Source of the DNA: a virus
Lineage: Duplodnaviria; Caudoviricetes
Length of the DNA: 64,000 nucleotides
Strand: one strand, 5' to 3'
Virus record (IMG/VR): IMGVR_UViG_3300028591_000086
Coordinates: 1-64,000 of that record
Shown: one piece after another, positions 28,938 through 39,764 of the stretch
Numbering within the stretch: position 1 is the first letter of the stretch
Layout: each line of letters starts with the position of its first letter
Notes under the pieces: generated by a model
Databases searched by the model: none
What the model was told of the DNA's origin: nothing
Seen by the model: only the letters and a program-made list of their open reading frames with translations
Program-made: the position numbers and the translations under genes

Positions 28938-30839
28938 ATGAAAATAAATTTACCTAAAGAAGAACTTGAAGCGAAAATAAAAGAGTTTCAAGACGCATAC
29001 TATAATACTGGGGAATCGCTTGTAAGTGATGCTGAATTTGATGATTATTACGATACACTCATGGAAATCGATCCTAACAACGAAGTTTTCAGACGTGTCG
29101 GTAGTGATTCTGGTTCAGCATTTAAGAAAGCTAAACATTTCATGCATTGTGGTTCTCAAAATAAATGCAATGAGCCTGAAGCATTTATAGATTGGATTAA
29201 TAAACGTGCTGTGGGTAAAGATGTACTCGTAGAATACAAATGTGATGGTTCTTCAATAGAGCTCCAATACGAAAACGGAAAGTTCGTTAGAGCAGTATCT
29301 CGTGGAAATGGCTCTATTGGGGATGATGTCACTGAAAATATCAGTAAAGCACAACATGTTGTTAAGATACTTAAAGATTCCAATTTTACAGGAGGCGTAA
29401 GAGGTGAAGTCTTGCTATTTCATAAAGATTTTGAGAAAGTGCCGTTTGGTGCCAACTGTAGAAATGCGGCGAATGGTATTATGAAACGAAAAAATAGTGA
29501 ATTTGCTTATCTATTAAGTGTGATCGTATATGATGTTTTAAATGCTCATGACCCAGAATGGTTTAAAAAAGAATCTGATAAAATCGAATGGTTAAAAGAT
29601 CAAGGTTTTAAATGCGTTGAAACTTATTATATGCCAGCATTAAGAACACATGATGAAATAACTAAGCTTAGAGATGAATTATCAACAAATAGATTCTCTA
29701 CAGTAGAATATGATATAGATGGTTTAGTAATTAAAGTAAACGACGTTGATTTTAATGATGCTAATAAAACTAAACCAGATAATCAAATTGCTTATAAGTT
29801 TATACTTAGCGAACAACCATCAGATTTACTGAATGTTGAATTCAGTAGAAATGGAAAAACATATACACCTGTGGGTGTATTTACGCCAGTTTATCTATGT
29901 GGTACTACTGTGCAACGAGCCAACTTATGTAATCCTAATATAATCAATTCATTAGGTATAAAGATTGGTAGTAAAATTATGGTTGTTAAACGTGGTGAAA
30001 TTATACCTAAAATCAAATCAGTTATAAGCAATCCACCAAATGCTAAAGACATAGTATATCCTGAAATATGTGAATGTTGTGGTTCTAAATTAAAAATAAC
30101 CCCTTCAAAAATATATTGTCCAAATAAAGCTTGTCCAAGCACAGTAATACATAGATTACTGAAATGGGTAACAATAAACAATATATATGGAATAGGTGAA
30201 TCGTTAGCTAAAGCATTATATGATGCTAAAATCATAAGTGATGTAAAAGATTTGTATACAGTATCTGTGGATGAACTGAGTAAGGTGATGTCTCCTAAAA
30301 TAGCTGTAAAAATCAAAGCAAACATTGACAAATCTAAAGCTAAAATGAATCTCGTTGATTTCATAGCAGGATATGACTTAGATGATATAGGCAGATTGAT
30401 GATAGAAAAAGTTATAACTGTTAAGAAAATAAAAGATATTTGGGGATTGTTAAAATTAAGAGTAGAAGACGTTGAAACTATACCTGGATTCGCTGTGCTT
30501 GCTAGTGAAAATCTTGTAAACGAATTGAACTATTATAAAAACGAATTAATTGAACTTTCTAAATTGTTTGATTTTAAATCAGATGAAACGGTTATAAGAA
30601 CAGATTCACAATTAAGTAATAAATCAGTTGCATTTACAGGTGCACTTAATACAATGACTAGAGATGAAGCAATAGCTAAGTTAAAATCTGTAGGAGGGTC
30701 GTTTAGTTCAAGTGTGACTTCTAATACAGATTACCTATGTACTAATGAAACCGATAGTGCAAATTCTAAATTCGTAAAAGCGAAACAATTAGGAATTCCT
30801 ATAATAACCGAAGAACAGTTTAACGAAATGATTAAATAA
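28938..30839 (+). CDS. ligA: NAD-dependent DNA ligase
   Basis: YY...SDAEFD, EYKCDG adenylation motif, SRGNG, RGEV, RNAANG, DGLVIK, Cys4 Zn finger, HhH, C-terminal BRCT (FTG...R..A...GG...SVT). Confidence 0.95.
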   Translation: MKINLPKEELEAKIKEFQDAYYNTGESLVSDAEFDDYYDTLMEIDPNNEVFRRVGSDSGSAFKKAKHFMHCGSQNKCNEPEAFIDWINKRAVGKDVLVEYKCDGSSIELQYENGKFVRAVSRGNGSIGDDVTENISKAQHVVKILKDSNFTGGVRGEVLLFHKDFEKVPFGANCRNAANGIMKRKNSEFAYLLSVIVYDVLNAHDPEWFKKESDKIEWLKDQGFKCVETYYMPALRTHDEITKLRDELSTNRFSTVEYDIDGLVIKVNDVDFNDANKTKPDNQIAYKFILSEQPSDLLNVEFSRNGKTYTPVGVFTPVYLCGTTVQRANLCNPNIINSLGIKIGSKIMVVKRGEIIPKIKSVISNPPNAKDIVYPEICECCGSKLKITPSKIYCPNKACPSTVIHRLLKWVTINNIYGIGESLAKALYDAKIISDVKDLYTVSVDELSKVMSPKIAVKIKANIDKSKAKMNLVDFIAGYDLDDIGRLMIEKVITVKKIKDIWGLLKLRVEDVETIPGFAVLASENLVNELNYYKNELIELSKLFDFKSDETVIRTDSQLSNKSVAFTGALNTMTRDEAIAKLKSVGGSFSSSVTSNTDYLCTNETDSANSKFVKAKQLGIPIITEEQFNEMIK

Positions 30840-30869
30840 AAATACCGTCCTTACGGACGGTATTTTTTT
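30838..30869. terminator. Bidirectional terminator
   Basis: AAAAATACCGTCC-ttac-GGACGGTATTTTT. Confidence 0.85.
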
Positions 30870-31584
30870 ATAAAGTGATGTCATTGCCTTCTGATTTAGT
30901 GCTGACTTCAAGTTCACCTTTATATTTACCAGATGTAACAAGTTCATCAAGTTCACTAATTCTCAAAGGACCATTCCATAATTTCCAATAACAATCTACA
31001 TGATTTTCAGGATCACATTCAAAATATTTAAAAGTTCCATGAATATGTCCATGAATATTGATACGAGAATTGTCTCGCATATTAACTGGGAAATGTGAGA
31101 ACACATGTTTAGGAGTCAATATTCTATCGCGTCTGAATATTAATTCGAAACCACAATTTTTATAAAATCGATCATCACACGTATCATTGTTTCCTAATAA
31201 AATAATCTTTCTACCATTTAATCGTTTAATCTGGTTAATTACATGAGCCAATGCTTCGGTTCTTGCTTCATCTCCAAATTCGGATTCAGATATATCACCT
31301 AAAAACAAAAACAAATCGTCTTTTTTAACTTTAGAATTATGTAGTTCAATTATCTTTTCTTCTTCAAGTTTCAAAGCATCTTTTTCTTCACCTTCTTTTC
31401 TTAAAAACTTTCCGAAATGATAATCTGCTGATACCCATGTATCTATAGCTTCACCAACTTCAAAAATCTTTCCATATTTATCTTTAGTATCAATATCGAA
31501 TTTTGTAGAAGAGGAAGAGAGGGTTTTATCAGATTCGATACTTATAACAGTTCCATTTTCTAACGAGATCCTGATATTATTCAT
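30868..31584 (-). CDS. Calcineurin-like metallophosphoesterase with an N-terminal leader
   Basis: ADYHFG, FLGDI, LGNND, FSHFP, NIHGHIH. Confidence 0.85.
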   Translation of the reverse strand: MNNIRISLENGTVISIESDKTLSSSSTKFDIDTKDKYGKIFEVGEAIDTWVSADYHFGKFLRKEGEEKDALKLEEEKIIELHNSKVKKDDLFLFLGDISESEFGDEARTEALAHVINQIKRLNGRKIILLGNNDTCDDRFYKNCGFELIFRRDRILTPKHVFSHFPVNMRDNSRINIHGHIHGTFKYFECDPENHVDCYWKLWNGPLRISELDELVTSGKYKGELEVSTKSEGNDITL

Positions 31585-31596
31585 ATCGCACTCCCG

Positions 31597-32100
31597 TTAT
31601 ACTCTAGTAAAACTATCACCTAAATCTAAAGCAGTGCTTGTTAATTTTTCAAGAATAGGTTTATCTTTTTCAGATACACCCTTAATTTCATTAAGAAGGG
31701 TATTGAAATTTTGTTCTTCCTTCTGAACGATTTCTGCCTGGATTTTTTCCATAGCTTTTTCAAGTGTAACATATTCTGTGTAAAGCATAGTATCATCTTT
31801 CTTGATATTTTCAAGCATAGCATTGAACTTTACATTTTTGAAATAATGGTTTACAGCCTTTACACCTACCATTTTTTCAAGATCACCGCTCATATCTATA
31901 GGTGTACCAACTGACTCACCTGAACGATTAGGATTATTTTTTGCAGCTGATTCTGCATTTTCTATATCTGCAACAATAGAAGCTGCTGATTCAAATGAAA
32001 CTTTATCGTTGTTAATAAGAGTTTCAAGTTCGTTCTTAGTTACAATTTGTCCATCAAATGTTTTTGAAAGAAATTTCAACGTAGTTGATAGGTTATTCAT
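31597..32100 (-). CDS. Hypothetical protein, probable head protein
   Basis: 167 aa, SFES/SGES motifs; AACA-N6-TA upstream (32157-32168). Confidence 0.6.
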   Translation of the reverse strand: MNNLSTTLKFLSKTFDGQIVTKNELETLINNDKVSFESAASIVADIENAESAAKNNPNRSGESVGTPIDMSGDLEKMVGVKAVNHYFKNVKFNAMLENIKKDDTMLYTEYVTLEKAMEKIQAEIVQKEEQNFNTLLNEIKGVSEKDKPILEKLTSTALDLGDSFTRV

Positions 32101-32220
32101 AATTTTACTCCTTAAAGGATTATATATTAGATTTATGATGTACGTAAATATATTACTATAATTATGTTTTTAAATATAATATAATTTGAACTATTTATAT
32201 GAAATAGGAGTTTTTAAAAT

Positions 32221-34383
32221 ATGCCTAAAATAAGTGAATTATGGAAAGAAAAAACCATAGAAGTTCTAACTAATTTATATGGTAACGAAATAGATAAAGA
32301 TAAACTTGAACAAATGTTAGATAATGAACTAGAAAAACGAAGAAAGTTCTTTCCAAAAATGCAATTGAGAAATCTGTATACCACTCAGAATTTTTCAGTA
32401 GAAATGGATGATATATTGGATATTATTAAAAAAGAAGATTTGTGTGTTGAAGCTAATAATACTATGACTTATAGCTTAAATAAAGTAGCTTCACCTTTAC
32501 CTAAGATACTTATTAAACAGAAAGGCGATAGAAATATTCACAAGAAAAAAATGCTTAAAGCCAAAGAGATGATAGCTATTCTTAAACGAGAAGGAAAGTT
32601 TGTTGAAGGTTGCCCAGAAGACGAAATGTTTAAAGACGGTAACAAACTTCAGTTAAAAGTAAAGGTTTTCATGAATTCAGTATATGGTGTACAAGGTCAA
32701 AAAGGAAGTTTTTTGTATTCACCAGATACAGCAGGTGCTATAACTGCTCAAGGACGTGAAATGATTGCTGAAATGACATGGACTATAGAGCGATTATTCT
32801 ATGGAACATTACATTTCTGTTCAATGGACGAATATATATCATATATTCATAAAATTAAAACCGAGATTAATCCCGAATCAGAATGGTTAAAATATATAAC
32901 ATATATTCCAACTGAGGAAGATGTTGCTAAACAATTAGCTAAAGGAATGCATAGTATAGTCGATATCGATAAATATATTGATAGTTTTGCACCTGTTATG
33001 TATAATTACATTAAAAATATGAATAAGATTGAAAGGATCTATTATTATTATTCTTGTAATTTATTCGGTTTAATATATAAGAATAAAAAGATATTCGATT
33101 TATTTGAAAGCATTATAAATATGAATATATCTTTCTTAGCACCAGCATATAAACCATCTGATGAAGATAATGAAAAATTCGCTAAATACTTAGATTTAGA
33201 TTATACTGTTGTGGATTCGAATAAGATAACCGATTTTGGTGATGATAAAGATACTTTGAAAAAACTTACAAACTATCTTGTATTCAATAAAATAAATCCT
33301 ATAATCAATGTGATTTGTAAAATAATTGAAGAGTTTGTAATCGTTCACATGAGTACTCCTAAAAGAGCACTTAAATACCAAACCAAACGTCGTAGGGCAA
33401 TCATTGTTTCAGACACAGATTCGATTATCGTTAATCTTAATCCTGCTATTACAAATTTATTTAAGGCACATAGAATACAAAATCACTTAACTTTAGATAC
33501 ACCAGAATTAGCATTCTATGACGAAGATTTGAACTTTAAACTTGTAAATATATTTACAAGTATATTGATTCATGGAACAGTTGTTGCAGGTGATGTTTTC
33601 TGTAAGAATGCTAATGTTCCTGAAAATTATAGAAAATGGATTGAGATGAAGAACGAATTCCTTTTCAAACGTTTAGTAATGTATACTGATGCTAAAAAGA
33701 ATTACATTGTTAATACTAGACTTCAGGAAGGAAAAGTTCTTGATGAAATTTCAGCAACAGGTATCAAATTGAATTCATCGGTTATACACCCAGAAGTAAA
33801 GAAACGCATTATGGATTGTATAGAAACTGAAATGATTAAAGCACCTGTTGTTAATCCTATAAACATCATGTATAAGGTTAAAGATATTGAAAACTTCATA
33901 GTAGAATCTATAAAACAAGGAGATTTATCTCTCGGTAAGAAAGCTAGATTTTCAGGAATGAAAGGATATAAAACAGGTGTTTATAGAAATGATGCAGGAC
34001 GATCAGCTCTCATTTGGAACATACTATATCCAAACGAAAAAATTAATACTGGAGATTATGGATATACATTTTCGACAACATTGTTTACTGAAGATGATAT
34101 TAGACGAAAGATGATGTCTAGATTCCCAGAAGAAGCAAATATGTTGTTAGAGAAAATATTTAAAGATGAAAATCTCAAACAGTATGGTTTAAGAAGTATT
34201 ATGATTCCCGCATCTTCTGAAAATATTAAGAAATTACCAGATTGGCTGATTCCATATATAGATTATGCTAAAATGGCAAATAAACATATGCAACCCATTA
34301 TAAGTTTACTTACTTCAGTAGGTCTCAAAAATAGTGCAATATCTAGTTCTAAAACTACATATTCACCACTTATAAGTTTTTAA
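32221..34383 (+). CDS. Divergent family B DNA polymerase, polymerase subunit (phiKZ-type split polymerase)
   Basis: KVFMNSVYG (motif B), ITAQGR, VSDTDS (motif C), KNEF, KKNY; no N-terminal 3'-5' exonuclease motifs. Confidence 0.85.
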   Translation: MPKISELWKEKTIEVLTNLYGNEIDKDKLEQMLDNELEKRRKFFPKMQLRNLYTTQNFSVEMDDILDIIKKEDLCVEANNTMTYSLNKVASPLPKILIKQKGDRNIHKKKMLKAKEMIAILKREGKFVEGCPEDEMFKDGNKLQLKVKVFMNSVYGVQGQKGSFLYSPDTAGAITAQGREMIAEMTWTIERLFYGTLHFCSMDEYISYIHKIKTEINPESEWLKYITYIPTEEDVAKQLAKGMHSIVDIDKYIDSFAPVMYNYIKNMNKIERIYYYYSCNLFGLIYKNKKIFDLFESIINMNISFLAPAYKPSDEDNEKFAKYLDLDYTVVDSNKITDFGDDKDTLKKLTNYLVFNKINPIINVICKIIEEFVIVHMSTPKRALKYQTKRRRAIIVSDTDSIIVNLNPAITNLFKAHRIQNHLTLDTPELAFYDEDLNFKLVNIFTSILIHGTVVAGDVFCKNANVPENYRKWIEMKNEFLFKRLVMYTDAKKNYIVNTRLQEGKVLDEISATGIKLNSSVIHPEVKKRIMDCIETEMIKAPVVNPINIMYKVKDIENFIVESIKQGDLSLGKKARFSGMKGYKTGVYRNDAGRSALIWNILYPNEKINTGDYGYTFSTTLFTEDDIRRKMMSRFPEEANMLLEKIFKDENLKQYGLRSIMIPASSENIKKLPDWLIPYIDYAKMANKHMQPIISLLTSVGLKNSAISSSKTTYSPLISF

Positions 34384-34389
34384 ATTATG

Positions 34390-34421
34390 AACTAATAGTC
34401 TCACATGAGGCTATTAGTTTT
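34390..34421 (+). terminator. Intrinsic terminator
   Basis: AACTAATAGTCTCA-ca-TGAGGCTATTAGTT-TT. Confidence 0.65.
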
Positions 34422-34441
34422 ATTAAGAATAAGGAGAAAAT

Positions 34442-34639
34442 ATGAATGTAAAAGTTATACAATTAGATGGGTCTAAATATCCATATAAATCTAAGAAAAA
34501 AAGAATTTATAATAAATGGGTTAAAAAACACACATTACAATCAGTTATATATAATAATGTAGTTCCCACAGGAATCAGTATGCACCAAAATGAAGATGGT
34601 ACCACGATTGTCGATGTTAACTGTAAATCTATGAAGTAA
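34442..34639 (+). CDS. Hypothetical protein
   Basis: 65 aa, AAGGAG SD. Confidence 0.65.
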   Translation: MNVKVIQLDGSKYPYKSKKKRIYNKWVKKHTLQSVIYNNVVPTGISMHQNEDGTTIVDVNCKSMK

Positions 34640-34665
34640 AAATATCATTATTAAGGAGTATTATA

Positions 34666-34911
34666 ATGACACAAATTAAAATTGTTGAGATTGGAAATGA
34701 AATTATTAATCGTGCTGAAGATCAAATCAATACTGTACTTAAGAAACTTCAGGATAAAGGATACTTCATTCAAGATATCAAATATCATGAAACAAAATTT
34801 TCACAATATTGTACTATTATGTATGATGATAATACTTACTCATCAAGACCTGGAGATGCTTGTGAATCTGATGAAGAATTTTCTGCTAGAATGAAACATG
34901 AAACTAATTGA
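34666..34911 (+). CDS. Hypothetical protein
   Basis: 81 aa, AAGGAG SD. Confidence 0.65.
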   Translation: MTQIKIVEIGNEIINRAEDQINTVLKKLQDKGYFIQDIKYHETKFSQYCTIMYDDNTYSSRPGDACESDEEFSARMKHETN

Positions 34912-34944
34912 TGGATTAAATTTCAATAAAGGAGAAAATAAAAT

Positions 34945-35331
34945 ATGCTCGAATTAACTAATGAAATAACTCGTTTAATGGATGAACACGTTAGTGAAAA
35001 ATGGCAATATAAAAATGGAGACATTAAATTTCATGTTTACGTGTATTCTAAGAAAAACAATGAAGGCAATTTGGAACCGATAATATTTAATATAACTGAT
35101 AAAATATATGGAATGTATTTAAGATACCCAGGATATACGTGCGGTAATATAAGAATAAATAAAGATAACACAATTCATTCGATAGTTCTAACCAGACGGG
35201 GCGGTGCTTTTTCTGGTGGTGATGAAACTGTATTCAATGATCCAGATAAACTTGAAAAGATATTAAATGATAGATATTGTGGAAAACGAATTACTGATAT
35301 ACCATTTGATAATCCAAAAATACATAAATAG
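34945..35331 (+). CDS. Hypothetical protein
   Basis: 128 aa, AAGGAG SD. Confidence 0.7.
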   Translation: MLELTNEITRLMDEHVSEKWQYKNGDIKFHVYVYSKKNNEGNLEPIIFNITDKIYGMYLRYPGYTCGNIRINKDNTIHSIVLTRRGGAFSGGDETVFNDPDKLEKILNDRYCGKRITDIPFDNPKIHK

Positions 35332-35343
35332 GAAGAAAAATAA

Positions 35344-35697
35344 ATGAAAAAAATACTAGCACTAATCATCACTTTATTTATAAGTGTAACTATATTATCA
35401 GCTGGATCTATAGAAAGACTTAAACGAGAAATACGTAGTAATACGGTATATTTCCCATCGGCATTTGTAAGAATTAAGTCAGATATTGGAACAGAAATAT
35501 TACTTGATATAAATAATCCAAATTTAATATTATATACCCCGGGTGTACTTACTAAAATTGCAATTATAACATGTAATAATTTTTATATAGAATTTATGGA
35601 TATGGATATTGATCAATTAATTAAATTAATAGACGATCTTTCTTCGAGACGTATCGATCGTGTAGACGACTTAAGTATACGAATTATAAGACCATAA
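35344..35697 (+). CDS. Secreted or membrane hypothetical protein
   Basis: Signal-peptide-like MKKILALIITLFISVTILSA. Confidence 0.65.
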   Translation: MKKILALIITLFISVTILSAGSIERLKREIRSNTVYFPSAFVRIKSDIGTEILLDINNPNLILYTPGVLTKIAIITCNNFYIEFMDMDIDQLIKLIDDLSSRRIDRVDDLSIRIIRP

Positions 35698-35714
35698 AAA
35701 GGGGGAAGAATATA

Positions 35715-36362
35715 ATGAAAAAAATTACTAATACATCAGTTGATAACGCATTAAACGCTAGATCAATATTTGATGTGTTATATAGAGGAATCAAATTCGT
35801 TAAGAAAGATAAATCCACAACTATATTAAATAACATTAACCCTATGGTAGCACCTGCTGTACAGATATTATTATTAAAAGGATATAACGTTAAAAGTGCT
35901 AAAATTATACCTAGTAGCGAAATCGGTATACTCGAAAATTTTGCTACTGATTTAATCATAACTATAGATTGTGATACTAAAAAATATTTAGATAAGATAC
36001 AACGTGGAAAAATCACTAAAAACGTACGCAGATTACTGGATGAAGAATTAAAAATATACAAAGATCTAGTGGGTGTTTCTAATTACGTGAATATGGTATG
36101 GAAACAATTTTACGCATATGCTGAAATAAAACGAGACAGAGATAATCATGAAGTTATAATTTCTATAACTAATAATGCTCTTACTGCTCTATCGAATAGA
36201 TATATATTAGAACACGATAAGGATAATTTAGTTGATTTTAAAAAAGATAAAATGATATTCACTATGTGCGAATATGCATTTGCGTTTGCTAAACATGTTC
36301 CTGAATACGTAGATGAATGTGAAGAGTTAAAGAAAACATTACGGATATTTAGGATAGTATAA
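35715..36362 (+). CDS. Hypothetical protein
   Basis: 215 aa ORF. Confidence 0.7.
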   Translation: MKKITNTSVDNALNARSIFDVLYRGIKFVKKDKSTTILNNINPMVAPAVQILLLKGYNVKSAKIIPSSEIGILENFATDLIITIDCDTKKYLDKIQRGKITKNVRRLLDEELKIYKDLVGVSNYVNMVWKQFYAYAEIKRDRDNHEVIISITNNALTALSNRYILEHDKDNLVDFKKDKMIFTMCEYAFAFAKHVPEYVDECEELKKTLRIFRIV

Positions 36363-36369
36363 TTAACAT

Positions 36370-36405
36370 AAAAAATACCTAGGGCAGTATTGCCCTAGGA
36401 TTTTA
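36370..36405. terminator. Bidirectional terminator
   Basis: CCTAGGGCA-gtat-TGCCCTAGG between convergent genes. Confidence 0.8.
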
Positions 36406-36456
36406 TCATTTACTATGTTAACGCAGTAATATCTTCATCATTTTTTTGTACTACGT

Positions 36457-37521
36457 TTAACGTTTAACAGTATCAAGAGTTTTATTCAGTTCAGGATTAG
36501 CTTTAAATGCTGTATCAATAACATCGATTTTATCTTCTAAGAGAACAGAAGATTTATCGAATCCTTCACTTGAATTAGCTTTTCCCTTAGTATAAGTGTC
36601 TTTGTATGTGATGCTGTCAGCAATTCTGTCAGCAAGTGTCATACCAATTGCACTCTTTCCAAGATTATCATCAGAATCAGTAGGATTAGCTTTAAGCCAA
36701 GTATCATAGATATATGCTGGAAGAACAGCATTGTTAGCACGCTCTTCGTAAAGACCTTCACGGTCAATAATTACAGCAGCTAATCTATCAACTTCTGGCC
36801 CTCTATCAAATGTTCCAGAAAATGTTAAATCGTGTTCAACACCCTGACCTGCTTCACCAAGAGCACCTGCATTTACATGATCATGTTTTGGTGTAGTACA
36901 TACACAATCATGATATATAGCTGCATATTCTATGTCCTCGGGTCTACATGTAGGTCCAAGCAATACATAAAGAATAGTCATTGATTTATTTGGTTGTAAA
37001 TCACGAATATCCTTACCATAGAAATGAGCAGCACCGGTCTTTGGATCGCTCATTCCAAAGTGCCAGTAATCGATTGCTTTACGTACTAACTGACCAGCAG
37101 TTTCAGGTACTTTAATAGTGAAGTCACCATTATTTTCTTTATAGATACCAACATATGTAGAGTTCTGACGAACAACACCATGTTGTTTCTGGAATGTTTC
37201 AAGTTGATAGCTTTGAATTCCTGAGAATTCGAGCGCTGTATCTTCAATAATATAACGCCAAGCTGCTGCAACTTTAGGGTCAAAGAACGGAACGTTCTTG
37301 AGTACTTTAAGAGCAAAACGACCAACCTTAAAAGGTTCACGCATTGCTGTTATAGATGGATCAACTGGCTGAATGCCGTTTTCAGATGCGAGTCTTGAAT
37401 AAACATTACCAGCAAAACCAACTGTACCATGTTCCCATCCAGCAACTACATTAAATCTATCGCCCTTAATTCCGTTAACACCATAGGTATCAGTATTGTT
37501 ATAAATATATCTTGAGCCCAT
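36457..37521 (-). CDS. Tail tube protein
   Basis: Directly downstream of the sheath gene; FTIKVPE.G...IDYWHFGMSDPKTG pattern typical of tube proteins. Confidence 0.7.
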   Translation of the reverse strand: MGSRYIYNNTDTYGVNGIKGDRFNVVAGWEHGTVGFAGNVYSRLASENGIQPVDPSITAMREPFKVGRFALKVLKNVPFFDPKVAAAWRYIIEDTALEFSGIQSYQLETFQKQHGVVRQNSTYVGIYKENNGDFTIKVPETAGQLVRKAIDYWHFGMSDPKTGAAHFYGKDIRDLQPNKSMTILYVLLGPTCRPEDIEYAAIYHDCVCTTPKHDHVNAGALGEAGQGVEHDLTFSGTFDRGPEVDRLAAVIIDREGLYEERANNAVLPAYIYDTWLKANPTDSDDNLGKSAIGMTLADRIADSITYKDTYTKGKANSSEGFDKSSVLLEDKIDVIDTAFKANPELNKTLDTVKR

Positions 37522-37533
37522 ATTTATCTCCTA

Positions 37534-39612
37534 TTAGTCGCCAACGATATTATTAGTAGGACGTTTAGCCCTAAGTTCAAGATGGAACTTTTTAGCATAG
37601 TTAGGGAATGTAATATCTACACCAATGTGAGCATTATCTTCCTTAACATCTAACTTAGTCTGATACAACTGGAAATTAATCTTAATTGTTTTAGGAATAG
37701 CTGCTTCAGCAATTCTATCATCAAGATCTTTCTTACAGTTAACCATTGTAGTTGCAATTTCATTTTCATCGTATTTATAGTATGGTGTTACACCTGCTAC
37801 AATTCGAATAATTCTACCTACCACAATAGCATTACGTACAGACATCATTTTAGAATTTTCTACTTCATACTGAGTATCTTCAAGACCATAAACAAGATCT
37901 TTATTCTTATTAAGGTATTGGATATTGTTGATATGAAGTTCTTCTAATGTTGCAATTGTATTTGCTTTATTCTTAACAGCAACCCAGAATGGATTGAAAT
38001 AAGATACACGTCCATGATTAGCACCAGCACGCATCTGGAATGCTCCGCCTACTGTAGCGAAATCATCTGCTAAACCAGCAGCCCAGTCATATGTTGCTGT
38101 TACTACTCTAGGAGTACCGTCTATTTCCTTATCCTTAAGGAGACCAGAATGACCATAGAATGAAACCATAAATGACCATTTACTATTTACATACGTAGTA
38201 AGTTCTCTACATTTAGAAATAGCGTCTCCAGAAGTTCTACCACCTTCGATACCGAAATCAATAGGAAGAGCAATATCTGGACGATATAAAGAGAACTTAG
38301 AAAGAATAGTTTTCTTAACTTCATCTGGATAATTTTCATCAGGAAGAATATCAATATCTGTGATTTTTTCATCAAAAATATCATCGTCTACATCACAGTT
38401 GAAGAAATTAATAAGAAGTTCTTCTTTCTTAGCTCTAGCCATTTCTTCAGTTACTACTGTACCATCGTCGAGAGTATTTCCTACTTCAATACTTCCGTCA
38501 GTTCCGTGATCGAGTGTAATATAACTATTTTCAATATCAATAGAATCAGCTGATGTAACGATCTTGTTATAAGGATTACCATTTTTAAAGATAGCATTAA
38601 GAATATCTATATCGTATGCACTTGCTTCTTCATTAGCACCGGAATCATTAATCTCATTAATAAGAGCATCATATGATTCAGGATAAGTAATAAGTTGGAT
38701 TGTCTTAAGCTCGTTATTATCATCAATATTTCTATAAACACTTCCGAGTGCTTCGGATGTATTATCGGTTGAAGAGAATACAGCATCTTTATTGAAACTG
38801 AAATTGAAGTCTTCACCAGAGAATAATGGTATATATTTACCAGTAGAAGACAATTGATAGAAATACATCACATAGCGTCTTCCATCTACACTCTTTTTAT
38901 CTCTATTTGTTTGTCTAGAAATATGGAATGCAAAATCGTTTCCACCTTTACCACGAGAATAATAATATACTGTAAATAATGGATAGAATTTTCTTTCATT
39001 ATTATTTGCGTCCATTAATGTTTGAACTGAACCATCAAATGCGGTAGGATTACCGTCATTATCAAAATAACCACGATTAGTTAATTCAATAGTTTCAGTT
39101 CTTAAAATAACGCCATTAACTGTAACAGGAATTTCTTCACCGCTTTCAGTAGATCTAACTCTTATTTGAATTTTATTTCCCTCAGTATCAAGCACATATG
39201 CACCTGAACCATAAGAAAGAACAGTTGTTCCATCTTCCGAAATTACAGTGTCGGTACGTTTGTATACTGGGATTGCTGAATCTTTTACAAGCGATACACC
39301 AAATACCGAATACGCTACTTTTGCATCATCTGGGCTTAAAGAGCAGAAGAATACTCTAGCTTTTGATTTAGCGAGACGAAGCGCATGAATATTTGCCTGT
39401 CCGTATTTTTCAAAAGACCCAAAATCATCACCATATTCAGTTTTAAGTGCGCCTGGGGAACGATTTTCAATTATCTTATTCTTCCTTCCACGACCAGAGA
39501 AACCTGCTATTAAAACACCTAAACCAGTGTCAAGGGCAGGAATATCGTTTTCCTGTTCAGGAGCAGATTCATCGAAGAATTCATAATCGAAATTAGGATC
39601 AAAGATAATCAC
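37534..39612 (-). CDS. Contractile tail sheath protein
   Basis: 692 aa; GFSGRG.KNKI...EYG...YGQ N-terminus, DENYPDEVK, RAGANHG, LEELHINNI, and a sheath-type C-terminus. Confidence 0.8.
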   Translation of the reverse strand: MIIFDPNFDYEFFDESAPEQENDIPALDTGLGVLIAGFSGRGRKNKIIENRSPGALKTEYGDDFGSFEKYGQANIHALRLAKSKARVFFCSLSPDDAKVAYSVFGVSLVKDSAIPVYKRTDTVISEDGTTVLSYGSGAYVLDTEGNKIQIRVRSTESGEEIPVTVNGVILRTETIELTNRGYFDNDGNPTAFDGSVQTLMDANNNERKFYPLFTVYYYSRGKGGNDFAFHISRQTNRDKKSVDGRRYVMYFYQLSSTGKYIPLFSGEDFNFSFNKDAVFSSTDNTSEALGSVYRNIDDNNELKTIQLITYPESYDALINEINDSGANEEASAYDIDILNAIFKNGNPYNKIVTSADSIDIENSYITLDHGTDGSIEVGNTLDDGTVVTEEMARAKKEELLINFFNCDVDDDIFDEKITDIDILPDENYPDEVKKTILSKFSLYRPDIALPIDFGIEGGRTSGDAISKCRELTTYVNSKWSFMVSFYGHSGLLKDKEIDGTPRVVTATYDWAAGLADDFATVGGAFQMRAGANHGRVSYFNPFWVAVKNKANTIATLEELHINNIQYLNKNKDLVYGLEDTQYEVENSKMMSVRNAIVVGRIIRIVAGVTPYYKYDENEIATTMVNCKKDLDDRIAEAAIPKTIKINFQLYQTKLDVKEDNAHIGVDITFPNYAKKFHLELRAKRPTNNIVGD

Positions 39613-39707
39613 TTTTGACCTCCTAAAACTAAAAAAGAAAGTTAAAAAATATATTTTTTAACTTGACTTACTGCTATATAATTAACAATTATTTACAGAA
39701 ACCAAGT

Positions 39708-39719
39708 CATTTAAATGTT
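39708..39719 (-). promoter_or_regulatory. Putative late promoter for sheath and tube
   Basis: Minus AACATTTAAATG. Confidence 0.6.
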
Positions 39720-39764
39720 ATTTTCTTATGAATAGTGGGTTTTTATTTAAAACCTTATTTAGCA

